Of a DNA stretch of 43,181 bases, positions 8,498-18,845 are shown piece by piece (the stretch's first letter is position 1; every line of letters begins with the position of its first letter). Location of the stretch: sequence record DRR723986_6322, one strand, 5' to 3'. The notes under the pieces are model-generated. The model did not search any database and was not told the DNA's origin. It was given only the letters and a program-made list of their open reading frames with translations. Made by a program: the position numbers and the translations under genes.

Positions 8498-9589
8498 CTA
8501 TGCCATCCTTGCAATCAATTGGTTTTTATCGCTTGCTGTAACAGTCCAGTCATAAGGGTCTTCTGAACGGCCTTCCTGTATGCCCAGCAACGCGTCTCGA
8601 AGCGTTGATGCTATATTACCGGTTTCTCGCAGTTGTATTTTATCTCCTTCAGCCTCACCGATATACGATATAGGGCAAACAATGGCGGCGGTACCACTGG
8701 CAAACAATTCCGTGCAGGCTCCTGACGTAACATCTGCAATAAGCCCGGCAATAGGCATGGTACGTTCGACGACATTGATACCCTTACTTTGGGCGATTTT
8801 AATCAAACTATCGCGGGTAACGCCGGGCAAAATGGTGCCACTCAATTCGGGCGTGTGCAGCTCGCCGCCCACCACCGCCATGATATTCATGCCCGAGAGT
8901 TCTTCAACCTTGGTTTGGGTGGCCGCATCTAACCATAGTGGTTGATCAAAGCCTGCCTTTATGCAGCGCTCTGTCGCGAGTAGAGAGCCAGCGTAATTGC
9001 CGCCAACCTTTTCTGCGCCCGTGCCGCCGCGCGCCGCGCGTGAGTGGGTGCGTTCAATCATTACTTTTATCGGGTCGCTGTAGTAAGCGTCTGACGGGCT
9101 GGCAAGCAGCAGGAAACAAAAACGATTTGAGCTTGTTACTGCAAAGGTATGATCAAGCCCCAAGAGGGTTGGCCGCAAGTATAACGACTGACCTGTATCA
9201 CCGGGGATAAACCCGCTGAATGCGCTTGTTAGTTGGCTAAGTGCATCCGCAAATATTTCCGGCGTGGGCGGGGGCATGCTCAGCCTGGTAGCAGATCGCC
9301 GAAACCGGGCATAGTTGGCTTCGGGCCGAAACAGTGTTGGTTGTTCTTGGCCAACTTTATAGGCTTTCATACCCTCAAAGCACTGCTGGCCAAATTGCAC
9401 ACAAGTAGCGGCTGGGTTTATTCCAACCTCGCCGAAAGGGATAAGTTGGCCTGCTTGCCAAGTGCCGTTCATGTAGTCAGCCCGGTACATGATAGGCGCA
9501 AGCTCTTGGCCAAACCCTAACGGCGAGGGAAGCGCATATTTATCTAATAGCGCTGTGACGTTCGGTTGATTGGGTGAAATACTATTCAT
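8498..9589 (-). CDS. ilvE: Branched-chain amino acid aminotransferase (class IV PLP)
   Basis: FEGMKAY, YLRP, KVGGNY, EELSGMN, ILPGVTRDS, GTAA. Confidence 0.85.
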   Translation of the reverse strand: MNSISPNQPNVTALLDKYALPSPLGFGQELAPIMYRADYMNGTWQAGQLIPFGEVGINPAATCVQFGQQCFEGMKAYKVGQEQPTLFRPEANYARFRRSATRLSMPPPTPEIFADALSQLTSAFSGFIPGDTGQSLYLRPTLLGLDHTFAVTSSNRFCFLLLASPSDAYYSDPIKVMIERTHSRAARGGTGAEKVGGNYAGSLLATERCIKAGFDQPLWLDAATQTKVEELSGMNIMAVVGGELHTPELSGTILPGVTRDSLIKIAQSKGINVVERTMPIAGLIADVTSGACTELFASGTAAIVCPISYIGEAEGDKIQLRETGNIASTLRDALLGIQEGRSEDPYDWTVTASDKNQLIARMA

Positions 9590-9975
9590 TCAGAGACGCC
9601 GTCCCGAAGGTAAGCATCGGTGCCATCAAGCCAGTCTTCCCGCGGCGGATTGAAAATATCTACATCCACAGTGTCTTCCAGCGCTTCGGCGCTGTGCGGT
9701 TGGTGCGGTGGTATCACCAGCACATCACCGGCTCTGACAATTTTCTCTTCCTTTTGGTCTTCACCTAGCAGAAACTTAAGTGCCCCGCTCAGGATATAGG
9801 TGATTTGTTCGTTGTGATGGCTGTGCATTGGAACTACGCCGCCCTTTTTAATGTAAACATGCGCGATCATCATATTGTCGCCAGTGATAAGCCGCCGTTC
9901 AATGTCATCATTAAGTTTCTCGCGCGGCATGTCTTCCCACGTATGTTGGTGGGCCGGGGCAGGGACATTGGTCAT
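9586..9975 (-). CDS. Cupin domain protein (KdgF-like)
   Basis: PMHSHHNEQ and IPPHQPH cupin motifs, C-terminal FNPPREDW; overlaps the ilvE start by 4 nt. Confidence 0.9.
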   Translation of the reverse strand: MTNVPAPAHQHTWEDMPREKLNDDIERRLITGDNMMIAHVYIKKGGVVPMHSHHNEQITYILSGALKFLLGEDQKEEKIVRAGDVLVIPPHQPHSAEALEDTVDVDIFNPPREDWLDGTDAYLRDGVSE

Positions 9976-10099
9976 TGCATGATCCTCTCGGTGTTCAGAA
10001 ATGCGTACAGCATCCTGTAAATGATGATTTTGGCGAAGTTAGTGGATAAAAAATATAGTGAGAATGACGATTTTTAGACTGAAAATGGCTAAAATAACA

Positions 10100-10984
10100 T
10101 CAGGATTGCCGCTTTTCGTTAGTGCGGGCGAGAAAAATCGCGCCGTCAATGGCGTCACCTACAGGTGGCAACAGAAACGCCTGAACATCTGATTTCATCA
10201 AAGGGCTGATGATTGGCGATAGCCCGCCCATTAGGGAAATGCGCGCGACACCTTTGTTATTTAGTTTAGTCACAAGCGCGCTAATGTGCTCGGCAGCGGC
10301 GTGCAAAATTTGCACTGCGTCCGAATCTCCGGCATCGGCATGCTCAACAACGGTTGGGGCCAATTTGGCATAGTCGGTTGCCGTTGCAGGGGTTGTCCAA
10401 TTTGCTACTTCATCGGGCGTGCTGCCAACCACATTCAAAATGGCCGAGGTGAAAGCACTAAGCGGATTGCTATCACCGATGAGATCAAGGGCATGCTGAA
10501 CAGCGGCAAGACCAATATGCGCGCCGCTGCCCAGATCCGAAGCCGGGAAGCCAAACCCGCCCGTTCGAACCGGCTTGCCGTTGATCAAACCATAGCCAAT
10601 TGAGCCGGTGCCAACAATAACGATCCCACCATCACGGCCTTTGTGCGCCCCAACGCAGGCAGTCTGAGCGTCGCTGACAACCATTACGTTGCTGCCGCAT
10701 TCAAAGGACACTTGTTTAATTAGCTTTTCAGTTTCAGAGCTGCTTTCTGTACCGGCAGCGCCCACTACTATTTGAGAATTTTTTAGCGTAGAAAGCTCTA
10801 ACCCTCCAGCGCGAAGCGTTTCACTCAGGCAAGCCATGATGGATGAAGCGGCGAAGGCGGCACCGCGGCGAATGGTGGCCGCACCGGTTTCTGCGCTGCC
10901 CAGCACATTGCCTTGCGCATCTTCCAGTCTTGCCCTGCATTTGCTGCCCCCGGCATCAACACCGATATAATATTGTGCTGTCAT
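10100..10984 (-). CDS. BadF/BadG/BcrA/BcrD-family amino sugar kinase (GlcNAc/MurNAc kinase)
   Basis: IGVDAGGSK, SDAQTA, IVGTGS, GGFGFPASDLGSG, GG; translationally coupled to the SSS gene. Confidence 0.88.
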   Translation of the reverse strand: MTAQYYIGVDAGGSKCRARLEDAQGNVLGSAETGAATIRRGAAFAASSIMACLSETLRAGGLELSTLKNSQIVVGAAGTESSSETEKLIKQVSFECGSNVMVVSDAQTACVGAHKGRDGGIVIVGTGSIGYGLINGKPVRTGGFGFPASDLGSGAHIGLAAVQHALDLIGDSNPLSAFTSAILNVVGSTPDEVANWTTPATATDYAKLAPTVVEHADAGDSDAVQILHAAAEHISALVTKLNNKGVARISLMGGLSPIISPLMKSDVQAFLLPPVGDAIDGAIFLARTNEKRQS

Positions 10985-12549
10985 GAAGCTTGGGCCCCCT
11001 TATTACCATCTGCGCTTTTCGTGCTGGCACATACCAGGAAAGCGCACAACGTTCCGATACATAGCTGCCACGAAAAAGCGAGCGAAGACCAACTTTCAGG
11101 CAGGCCAATCACATCAACAACATAGCTTTGCTGCATGAGAGTAATCAGAAAGCCTACCGCCAAAGCGGCGATCACACTATTGGTGCTGCCCCGTTTGGTA
11201 AACACAACAGTGAAGTAAACACCCAGCAAGCCTGAATAGGCGAAAACCATCACCGATAAGGCGAAGTCCAGCAGGGCCATTTCTGTGTACCGCTGCCAGT
11301 AAAAACACAATACGGCGGTTAAAAACAAGCCAACCCCAACCAACCCCATGCTGGCTTGCCCAGCCCGCACATAGTGTGTTTCGCTGAGTTTTTCTTTTCG
11401 TTCGCGCCACGGGCGGTAAAAGTCCTGCACAATAACCGACGACATTGAATTAAGGCCGGAATTAATAGTGGAAACAGCGGCGGCGATTACACCAACGGTT
11501 ACCATGCCGCGTAAGCCCGGGGGCATTTGGTTCAGGATATAATGCATAAATATAGTGACTTTTTCGCCGCTGAATTCTTGGCTAACTGCTTCTGCTGCAG
11601 CAGCGCCCATCAATTCAGGGCGGTCATAAAATACATGCAATAACTGTCCGATCGAAACAAAAAGCCAAACCACAGGTACAGCCACAACAACGGAAACAAA
11701 CAGCGCCCGTGTGCCTTGCCCAGCGTCTTTGCAGGTAAGCAAACGCTGGGAGGTGTCCTGATCAAGGCCAAAATTCCCAATGTTTAACAACACCAAGCCT
11801 GTCACAATTGAAATGAGGGCGAAGGGTTCTGAGAAGTTCATGTTCAGGTTAAAGAAGGTCAGCTTATTTTGTCCGCCCGGCGCATTTTGCAGCCCACTGA
11901 TAATCTCGCCGGTGGATGCCGGGATTTCAGTCCATAAAAAATACAGCACTAAACAGGCTGAAAATAAGTAAATGGCAAATTGAACCAGATCACTCCATAG
12001 AACGGAGCGAATACCGCCCAGAAAAGTTACCAAAAACCCCAGCGCCATCATGAGGAATGCTGCGGAAATGATGCTGCTAGCTTCAATGTCGGCGTATAGA
12101 ATCATCGCAACGGCAATGGCGGCCATATAAAGCCGTGATCCGCTTGCCAGTAGTCGCCCCACCAAATACATACCGCCCGCTGCCCGCATGGCCCGGTCGC
12201 TGTAGCGCGCACCAAGCAGTTCATACACTGTTCCCGCTTTCATGGCGTAGAATCGCGGTACCAGCATTTTGGCAACAAAAAGCGCTGCGATAACCGCACC
12301 TATGTTGGACGTAACATAGGTATAGTCGCCGCGATAACCTTGGTCTGGGCCGCCCAGAAAGGTTGCTGCTGACTGACTGGTGGCAAGCACAGAAACGGCC
12401 ACAACCCAATAAGGCATTTGGTTGCCACCGAGGAAATAGTCTTTTGAGTCTGTTGCTTTATGTTTGGTCAGCAGCCAGCCCATCACCAGCAATAGGGCCA
12501 AATACCCTACAACAATGAACCAATCTACCGGTGTGAAGCCGCTGCTCAA
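10981..12549 (-). CDS. Sodium:solute symporter (SLC5/SSS family), probable amino sugar transporter
   Basis: DYFLGG, SAATFLGGP, GGIRSVLWSD, DQD..QR, AAAVSTINSGLNS, many TM helices. TTG start at 12549 (LSSGFTPVDW) preferred; the track's 64-aa extension runs through the divergent promoter region. Confidence 0.88.
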   Translation of the reverse strand: MSSGFTPVDWFIVVGYLALLLVMGWLLTKHKATDSKDYFLGGNQMPYWVVAVSVLATSQSAATFLGGPDQGYRGDYTYVTSNIGAVIAALFVAKMLVPRFYAMKAGTVYELLGARYSDRAMRAAGGMYLVGRLLASGSRLYMAAIAVAMILYADIEASSIISAAFLMMALGFLVTFLGGIRSVLWSDLVQFAIYLFSACLVLYFLWTEIPASTGEIISGLQNAPGGQNKLTFFNLNMNFSEPFALISIVTGLVLLNIGNFGLDQDTSQRLLTCKDAGQGTRALFVSVVVAVPVVWLFVSIGQLLHVFYDRPELMGAAAAEAVSQEFSGEKVTIFMHYILNQMPPGLRGMVTVGVIAAAVSTINSGLNSMSSVIVQDFYRPWRERKEKLSETHYVRAGQASMGLVGVGLFLTAVLCFYWQRYTEMALLDFALSVMVFAYSGLLGVYFTVVFTKRGSTNSVIAALAVGFLITLMQQSYVVDVIGLPESWSSLAFSWQLCIGTLCAFLVCASTKSADGNKGAQAS

Positions 12550-12761
12550 TGTATTGCCCGGCAAGGCAAACAAAGGCCCCAAGCTATGGTGGTTGTTGAG
12601 ATTGTCACGTTGCTTCCCCGCGCGGCATAATTGCGTGAGGCTAACTGTTCCATAAAAAGATGATGAAAACCAGTATCTGTTGGCCATTTCCATTTTGCCG
12701 GTAATGTGGATAATGGCTTCTGGCATGCGACACGTACGCATATATGAAAAACAAGTGATCT

Positions 12762-13658
12762 ATGACCGAAGATGTTTCTATAAATTACGCCACCTTTGAT
12801 AAATGGTCGGCGATTGATGCTGTATCTGCAATGTATGATGGTCAGCAGGCGGCGCTTGCCGCACTTCAGCCCGCCTTGCCTCACATTGCAGCCGCCGTCA
12901 CTGAGGCCGCAGCAAGGCTAGGCGAAGATGGCAGGTTGGTTTATGTGGGCGCAGGTACATCAGGCCGGTTGGCGGTGCAGGATGGTGCCGAATTAAAGCC
13001 AACGTTTAACTGGCCACAAGACAGAACAGTTTTTTGCATTGCGGGCGGGCTTGAAGCACTGACCGTTAGCGTTGAGGGAGCCGAAGATTCGGTGGCGGAT
13101 GGCTGCACAGCCATTCAAATTAACGGCGTAGGTGCCAATGATGTTGTGATAGCGGTGGCCGCAAGTGGTAGAACGCCCTACACACTGGCTGCAATGCTTG
13201 AGGCTAAAAAGCGCGGTGCGTTGACCATTGGTATAGCCAACAATGCCGATACACCGATTTTGCAAGAAGCAACCGTTGGCATTTTGGCGGAAACTGGCCC
13301 TGAAATTGTCGCTGGGTCCACCCGCATGAAAGCCGGCACTGCACAAAAGGTTGTTTTGAATATGATTTCAACCGCGATTATGGCGCGCATGGGCCGGGTT
13401 TACGGTGGCTATATGGTGGACATGGTTGCCTCGAACAAAAAATTGGTGGACCGTGCCATTAGAATGGTAAGCGCGATTGCAGACTGCAGTGCTGAAAAGG
13501 CGCGCGCGGCGCTTGACCAGACGGATAATTATATCAAAACTGCGGTGCTGGTATGTAAGGGGCTTTCGGTTGCTGAGGGCGAAAAGCTGCTTATGCAATG
13601 CGGCGGTAACCTGAGAAGCGCACTCGAGACAGTGCCGAATAGGGCAGGTGAAAGTTAG
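12762..13658 (+). CDS. murQ: N-acetylmuramic acid 6-phosphate etherase
   Basis: YVGAGTSGRL, DGAELKPTF, VEGAED, ASGRTPY, GPE..AGSTRMKAGTAQK, SNKKL. Confidence 0.95.
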   Translation: MTEDVSINYATFDKWSAIDAVSAMYDGQQAALAALQPALPHIAAAVTEAAARLGEDGRLVYVGAGTSGRLAVQDGAELKPTFNWPQDRTVFCIAGGLEALTVSVEGAEDSVADGCTAIQINGVGANDVVIAVAASGRTPYTLAAMLEAKKRGALTIGIANNADTPILQEATVGILAETGPEIVAGSTRMKAGTAQKVVLNMISTAIMARMGRVYGGYMVDMVASNKKLVDRAIRMVSAIADCSAEKARAALDQTDNYIKTAVLVCKGLSVAEGEKLLMQCGGNLRSALETVPNRAGES

Positions 13659-13667
13659 GCTAAAACC

Positions 13668-15044
13668 ATGACAGATTTGATTGCAGAACTGACAGAAAAA
13701 CTGGGTGCTGGCGCGGTTGTGACAGGGGCTGATGTTGCCGCGCGGGCAACAAGCTACTGGGATCCAAGCCCCATGAAAGCCAAGGCAGTTTTGAGGCCTG
13801 GCAGCACCGAGGAGGTGTCGGCTATCTTGAAGCTCTGCAACGAGCATGGGCAAAAAATTGTCACCCACGGCGGGCTGACGGGCTGCGTGCAGGGCACAGG
13901 GTCTGACCATGACACTTTGGTGCTTTCGATGGAGCGTATGACGCAAGTGGAAGATATTGACCCTGTGTCTCACACCCTAACGGTGCAAGCCGGTGCTGTG
14001 CTGGAAAGCGTGCAAAATGCTGTACGCGATGCGGGCATGTTCCTGCCGCTAGACCTCGGTGCGCGCGGCTCCTGCACTATTGGCGGCAATTTGGCCACAA
14101 ACGCAGGCGGTATTAATGTTATCCGCTACGGCATGGCGCGGGCACTGGTGCTGGGGCTGGAGGCAGTTTTGCCGGACGGCACCATTTTGTCATCCATGAA
14201 TAAAATGCTTAAAAATAATGCCGGTTTTGATCTCAAGCAATTGTTCATTGGCACCGAGGGTTCGCTGGGCGTTATCACCCGTGCGGTACTAAGGTTGGCA
14301 CCGCAATCAACCACAAAAAACACCTGTCTGGCAGCGCTATCCAGCTTCGGCGATGTACCCAAGCTGCTTAATCATTTAAAAGGCACCGTGGGCGCGAGCC
14401 TGTCGGCTTTTGAGGCCATGTGGGGGGATTATATTCGCGCGGTAACCGAACCCGGTTGGCACACGGCCCCGATGGACCGCAGCCACCCTTATTATATTTT
14501 GTTTGAGTGCGACGGCAGCGACCCTGAACGCGATAATGACCGGTTTCTAGAGGTTGTAGAGCAGGCGTTTGAGAGCGGTATTATTATTGATGCAGTTCTG
14601 CCAAAATCTGAGGCCGAGCGCCAAGCTGTTTGGGCGATCAGGGATGATTTTGAGGCCGTTTTGTCGCCCAAGCCTGTGTTTCTATATGACGTTAGTCTAC
14701 CGATTACCGCCATGGAGGCCTATGTGGCGGATGTGGGCGCGTTGTTGAGGGAACGCTTGCCGCAGGCTGACCTGTATGTGCTGGGCCATGTGGGGGACGG
14801 CAATCTGCATTTCTTTGTGCGCGCGAACACGGATGATACTTCGGCACGCGAACTGTCTGATCGCTCCGTATACGAACCGCTGGTTAAATATGATGGGTCA
14901 GTTTCGGCAGAGCACGGCATTGGCTTTGAGAAGAAGAAATGGCTGGCACAGTCGAGGAGTGCAGAAGAAATTGCGGTGATGCAACAGTTGAAGGCTCTGC
15001 TTGACCCTAAGCGCACGCTGAACCCCGGCGTGGTGGTTGATTAA
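13668..15044 (+). CDS. FAD-binding D-2-hydroxyacid (probable D-lactate) dehydrogenase
   Basis: VAO/PCMH family motifs: TIGGNLATNAGG, KNNAGFDLKQLFIGTEGSLG, GHVGDGNLH, SAEHGIG. Confidence 0.88.
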   Translation: MTDLIAELTEKLGAGAVVTGADVAARATSYWDPSPMKAKAVLRPGSTEEVSAILKLCNEHGQKIVTHGGLTGCVQGTGSDHDTLVLSMERMTQVEDIDPVSHTLTVQAGAVLESVQNAVRDAGMFLPLDLGARGSCTIGGNLATNAGGINVIRYGMARALVLGLEAVLPDGTILSSMNKMLKNNAGFDLKQLFIGTEGSLGVITRAVLRLAPQSTTKNTCLAALSSFGDVPKLLNHLKGTVGASLSAFEAMWGDYIRAVTEPGWHTAPMDRSHPYYILFECDGSDPERDNDRFLEVVEQAFESGIIIDAVLPKSEAERQAVWAIRDDFEAVLSPKPVFLYDVSLPITAMEAYVADVGALLRERLPQADLYVLGHVGDGNLHFFVRANTDDTSARELSDRSVYEPLVKYDGSVSAEHGIGFEKKKWLAQSRSAEEIAVMQQLKALLDPKRTLNPGVVVD

Positions 15045-15049
15045 TCGGC

Positions 15050-16189
15050 ATGACAAGCAAGACATTCATTGCTGAAAGGGTTTTGATTGGAGACCAGTGG
15101 GTTGAAGACCAAGCCATTCATGTCACGGACGGTACGATAACATCGGTTGGCCCGGCTTCCAGCTATGGTGGCAACGATGCCATATCGCTTGCGGGGCAGG
15201 TGGTACCGGGTTTCTTTGACATTCAGGTGAACGGTGGCGGCGGTGCGTTGTTCAACGATAATCCCAGTGTTGAGGCAATTGAGGTTATCGGCGCGGCTCA
15301 CCGGCAATTTGGGACAACGTCGTTTTTACCCACCCTGATTAGTGATGACCTTGAAAAGGTGCGCGCCGCCATCAGTGCAGTGGATGAAGCCATTAAGCGC
15401 GGCGTGCCAGGCGTTGTGGGCATTCATCTTGAAGGGCCGTTCCTTAATGAGGACAAGAAAGGCATTCATGATGCCACCAAATTCAGGCGTATGACTGAAG
15501 ATGATGTGGCCCTTCTGGCGTCATTGAAAAAGGGCAAAACGCTGGTGACCTTGGCTCCAGAGGCAACAGACGAAGTGCATATCCGCGCGCTTGTTGCGGC
15601 GGGTGTGATTGTCTCGGCAGGGCATACGGCAGCGACTTATGAACAGGCGATCACGGGTGTCGAAGCGGGCGTTACCGGTTTTACCCATTTGTATAACGCC
15701 ATGACAGGTTTTGAGAGTCGCGCCCCCGGTGCAGTGGGTGCAGCGTTTGACAGCCCGGATACTTGGGCGGGCCTTATTGCGGACGGCCATCATGTTCATC
15801 CGGCGGCGCTTAGGCACGCGATAAAAACCAAGGGCGTTAACCGGTCGATTTTGGTGACCGATGCCATGCCAACGGTTGGTAGTGACAGTAATGAGTTTAT
15901 GCTGGGCGGCGAGCTTATTATGGCACGGGGTGGTCGCTGCTGTAACGCTGAAGGTGTTTTGGCCGGGTCTGCCTTGGATATGGCATCTGCGGTTCGCTAT
16001 GCTGCAAGAGACCTTGGGTTTGGCCTGCCAGCGGCGGTACGCATGGCAAGCTTAAGCCCGGCCGAATTTGTGGGGCTTGATAGTGTGGTGGGTTCCATCG
16101 GCGTTGGCAAAAAAGCTGATTTAGTTAGTCTGGATACTAATTGTCAGGTTCAATCTGTATGGATTGACGGTGAAAATCACTCTTTTTAG
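15050..16189 (+). CDS. nagA: N-acetylglucosamine-6-phosphate deacetylase
   Basis: PGFFDIQVNG, HLEGP, TLAPE, THLYNAM, DGHH, VTDAM, LAGS. Confidence 0.95.
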   Translation: MTSKTFIAERVLIGDQWVEDQAIHVTDGTITSVGPASSYGGNDAISLAGQVVPGFFDIQVNGGGGALFNDNPSVEAIEVIGAAHRQFGTTSFLPTLISDDLEKVRAAISAVDEAIKRGVPGVVGIHLEGPFLNEDKKGIHDATKFRRMTEDDVALLASLKKGKTLVTLAPEATDEVHIRALVAAGVIVSAGHTAATYEQAITGVEAGVTGFTHLYNAMTGFESRAPGAVGAAFDSPDTWAGLIADGHHVHPAALRHAIKTKGVNRSILVTDAMPTVGSDSNEFMLGGELIMARGGRCCNAEGVLAGSALDMASAVRYAARDLGFGLPAAVRMASLSPAEFVGLDSVVGSIGVGKKADLVSLDTNCQVQSVWIDGENHSF

Positions 16190-16398
16190 TGATCATGGTT
16201 GTGATTTTCTGACAATTCTTCGGTTATTTTGACTATTCACAAATATTTGCGTGCGGTTGGTCTTGCCATTGGATCAATTTGTCGCTTTGATAGCGACTGT
16301 TTAGGGCTTGTCGGATAACACGCGCGGGCAACTTATAATAAAGGCATCATGTAATAAAGATGCTCTGGGTCACAAGAAGATCATAAGGAATTATCGTC

Positions 16399-18840
16399 AT
16401 GAAAAGAGGCTTGATTGTCTTAACGGCATTTTTTGTGTTTGTTGCCGGGCTGGTAAGCCCAGCATCTGCGGATGCGGTCAAACAAACCAAAGGCAGTTTT
16501 CAGGATAAATTCAGGCAGTTGGACGAAGTATTGCCAACGCCGAATGTATACCGCAACGCTGCGGGTGAACCGGGCCATCAATATTGGCAGCAGAAGGTTG
16601 ATTATAAGATCAAAGCCAGCCTTGACGAAGACAAGCGCCGTATCACAGCTTCTGAGACAATTCGGTACCAAAATAATTCGCCCGACACGCTGAAGTATCT
16701 TTGGCTGCAGCTAGACCAGAATGTTTTCAGAAACGATTCGATGTCTGAGATGAGCAACTCGTTTGCGGGTATTGGCCGTCGTGGCCCGGTTACAACGGCT
16801 GCCAAAGGCAACACACCTGCCAAGATGAGTTTGGAAGAGCTTCGCCGTCAGCAATTCATGCAAGACAACGAGCTTGGTTATGTCATTGGCGGTGTCACTG
16901 GTGCGAGTGGTAATGACCTGAAGTTCACCATTGTAGGCACACTGATGCGGGTTGATCTGGCATCGCCGTTAAAGCCCGGCGCTAGCACCACCTTTAATGT
17001 GGACTTCGCCTTTAACATGGTGGACGAAAATACTGTTTCCGCCCGCGGTGGTTATGAGCATTTCCCCGATGATGCCCGTGAAGGCGGCAATGATATTTTC
17101 TTGCTGGCCCAGTGGTTTCCGCGCCTTGCGGCCTACACGGACTATGAGGCCTGGACCAATAAAGAGTTTTTAGGCCGCGGTGAATTTACGCTTGAGTTCG
17201 GCAACTATGAAGTTGAGATGACGGTACCTGCTGACCACATTGTGTCGTCAACCGGCACGCTACAAAATGCGAATGATGTTCTTACCCGCACGCAGCGCAA
17301 CCGCTTGAAAGAAGCGGAAACTGCCAAGCGGCCAGTTTTCATTGTTACAGCGGAAGAAGCGCTGGAGAACGAAAAAGAAGGCACAGACGACGTTAAAACA
17401 TGGCGTTTTAAGGCTGAAAACGTGCGGGACTTCGCGTGGGCTTCATCGCGTAAGTTCATGTGGGATGCCAAAGGCTATAACCAAGGCGGTGATGTTCAGC
17501 CGTTTGTGATGGCTATGTCATTCTACCCCAAGGAAGGCGGCGACTTGTGGAAGAAATATTCCACCGAAGCCGTGGTGCACACCATGGAAGTTTATTCACG
17601 CTTTTCCTTTGATTATCCGTACCCTGTTTCGCAGTCTGTGAACGGCCCGGTGGGCGGCATGGAATACCCCATGATTACATTCAACGGCCCGCGCACGAAG
17701 CTGCAGGCAGATGGCAGCCGCACCTACAGCCAGGCGGAAAAGCGTTTCCTCATTGGCGTGGTGATCCACGAAGTTGGGCATAACTACTTCCCAATGATTG
17801 TAAACTCGGATGAGCGTCAATGGACCTGGATGGACGAGGGCATCAACAGCTATCTGGACGGCGTTGCGGGCCGTGAGTGGGACCCAACCATTCCATGGGG
17901 TGTGGAGCCACGCGACATTACCGGCTATATGAAATCACAAGATCAAACGCCGATCATGACCCAGTCTGACAGTGTTTGGAAACTGGGGCCAAACGGCTAT
18001 ACCAAGCCCGCCGCAGCGCTCAACATTCTGCGCGAAACTATCATGGGCCGCGAACTGTTTGACTTTGCCTTCAAGGAATATGCTCAGCGCTGGATGTTCA
18101 AGCGGCCTACGCCGTCTGATTTCTTCCGCACGATGGAAGAAGCTTCCGGCATTGATCTGGACTGGTTCTGGCGGGGTTGGTTCTACAGCACGGACCACGT
18201 GGATATTTCGCTGGATGCCATTCACAAGCTGCGGCTTGATACCCACGACCCGGACATTGACTTTGGCCGCCTGCGCGACGCCGAGGCCAACAAGCCTGCG
18301 TCTGTGTTCGTTGAGCGTAACCGGGCGGAAGGCAAGCGCCTGTGGGTTGAGTTAAACCCGGATGTTAGTGATTTTTACGACACAAATGATCGTTTCACCG
18401 TCACCAACAAAGAGCGCAATAACTACCAGGATTTCCTGAGCAGTCTTGATGACTGGGAGCGTAAAGCGCTTGATCGTGCTGTGGCGGAGGATAAGAATTA
18501 TTACATTCTCGACTTCTCAAACAAAGGTGGTTTGGTGATGCCAATCATTTTAGGGCTTACCTACGCCGACGGCACGAGCGAGACCATGTATATTCCGGCA
18601 GAAATTTGGCGCCGGACAGCAGATGCGGTCAAGAAATTGATCGTAACCGATAAAGAGCTAACGCAGGTTGTGGTTGACCCAAAATGGGAAACCGCAGACG
18701 TGGACGTGGAAAACAACTATTACCCACGCCGCATCATCCCGTCTCGCATCGAGGCATTCAAGTCGCCAAAATCTAAATCGAAGGTAAGCCGCGACATTAT
18801 GCAGGACGTGAAAACCAAGCTGAAAAAGAAAGAGAATTAA
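16399..18840 (+). CDS. Secreted M1 family zinc metallopeptidase
   Basis: Signal peptide; GGMEYP; HEVGH-x18-E (WMDEG). Confidence 0.92.
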   Translation: MKRGLIVLTAFFVFVAGLVSPASADAVKQTKGSFQDKFRQLDEVLPTPNVYRNAAGEPGHQYWQQKVDYKIKASLDEDKRRITASETIRYQNNSPDTLKYLWLQLDQNVFRNDSMSEMSNSFAGIGRRGPVTTAAKGNTPAKMSLEELRRQQFMQDNELGYVIGGVTGASGNDLKFTIVGTLMRVDLASPLKPGASTTFNVDFAFNMVDENTVSARGGYEHFPDDAREGGNDIFLLAQWFPRLAAYTDYEAWTNKEFLGRGEFTLEFGNYEVEMTVPADHIVSSTGTLQNANDVLTRTQRNRLKEAETAKRPVFIVTAEEALENEKEGTDDVKTWRFKAENVRDFAWASSRKFMWDAKGYNQGGDVQPFVMAMSFYPKEGGDLWKKYSTEAVVHTMEVYSRFSFDYPYPVSQSVNGPVGGMEYPMITFNGPRTKLQADGSRTYSQAEKRFLIGVVIHEVGHNYFPMIVNSDERQWTWMDEGINSYLDGVAGREWDPTIPWGVEPRDITGYMKSQDQTPIMTQSDSVWKLGPNGYTKPAAALNILRETIMGRELFDFAFKEYAQRWMFKRPTPSDFFRTMEEASGIDLDWFWRGWFYSTDHVDISLDAIHKLRLDTHDPDIDFGRLRDAEANKPASVFVERNRAEGKRLWVELNPDVSDFYDTNDRFTVTNKERNNYQDFLSSLDDWERKALDRAVAEDKNYYILDFSNKGGLVMPIILGLTYADGTSETMYIPAEIWRRTADAVKKLIVTDKELTQVVVDPKWETADVDVENNYYPRRIIPSRIEAFKSPKSKSKVSRDIMQDVKTKLKKKEN

Positions 18841-18845
18841 GGCCT

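Noticed and set aside
12550-12741. 64-aa N-terminal extension of the SSS transporter
   Set aside because: It would leave only 20 nt for divergent promoters, and family-like sequence starts at the TTG at 12549.
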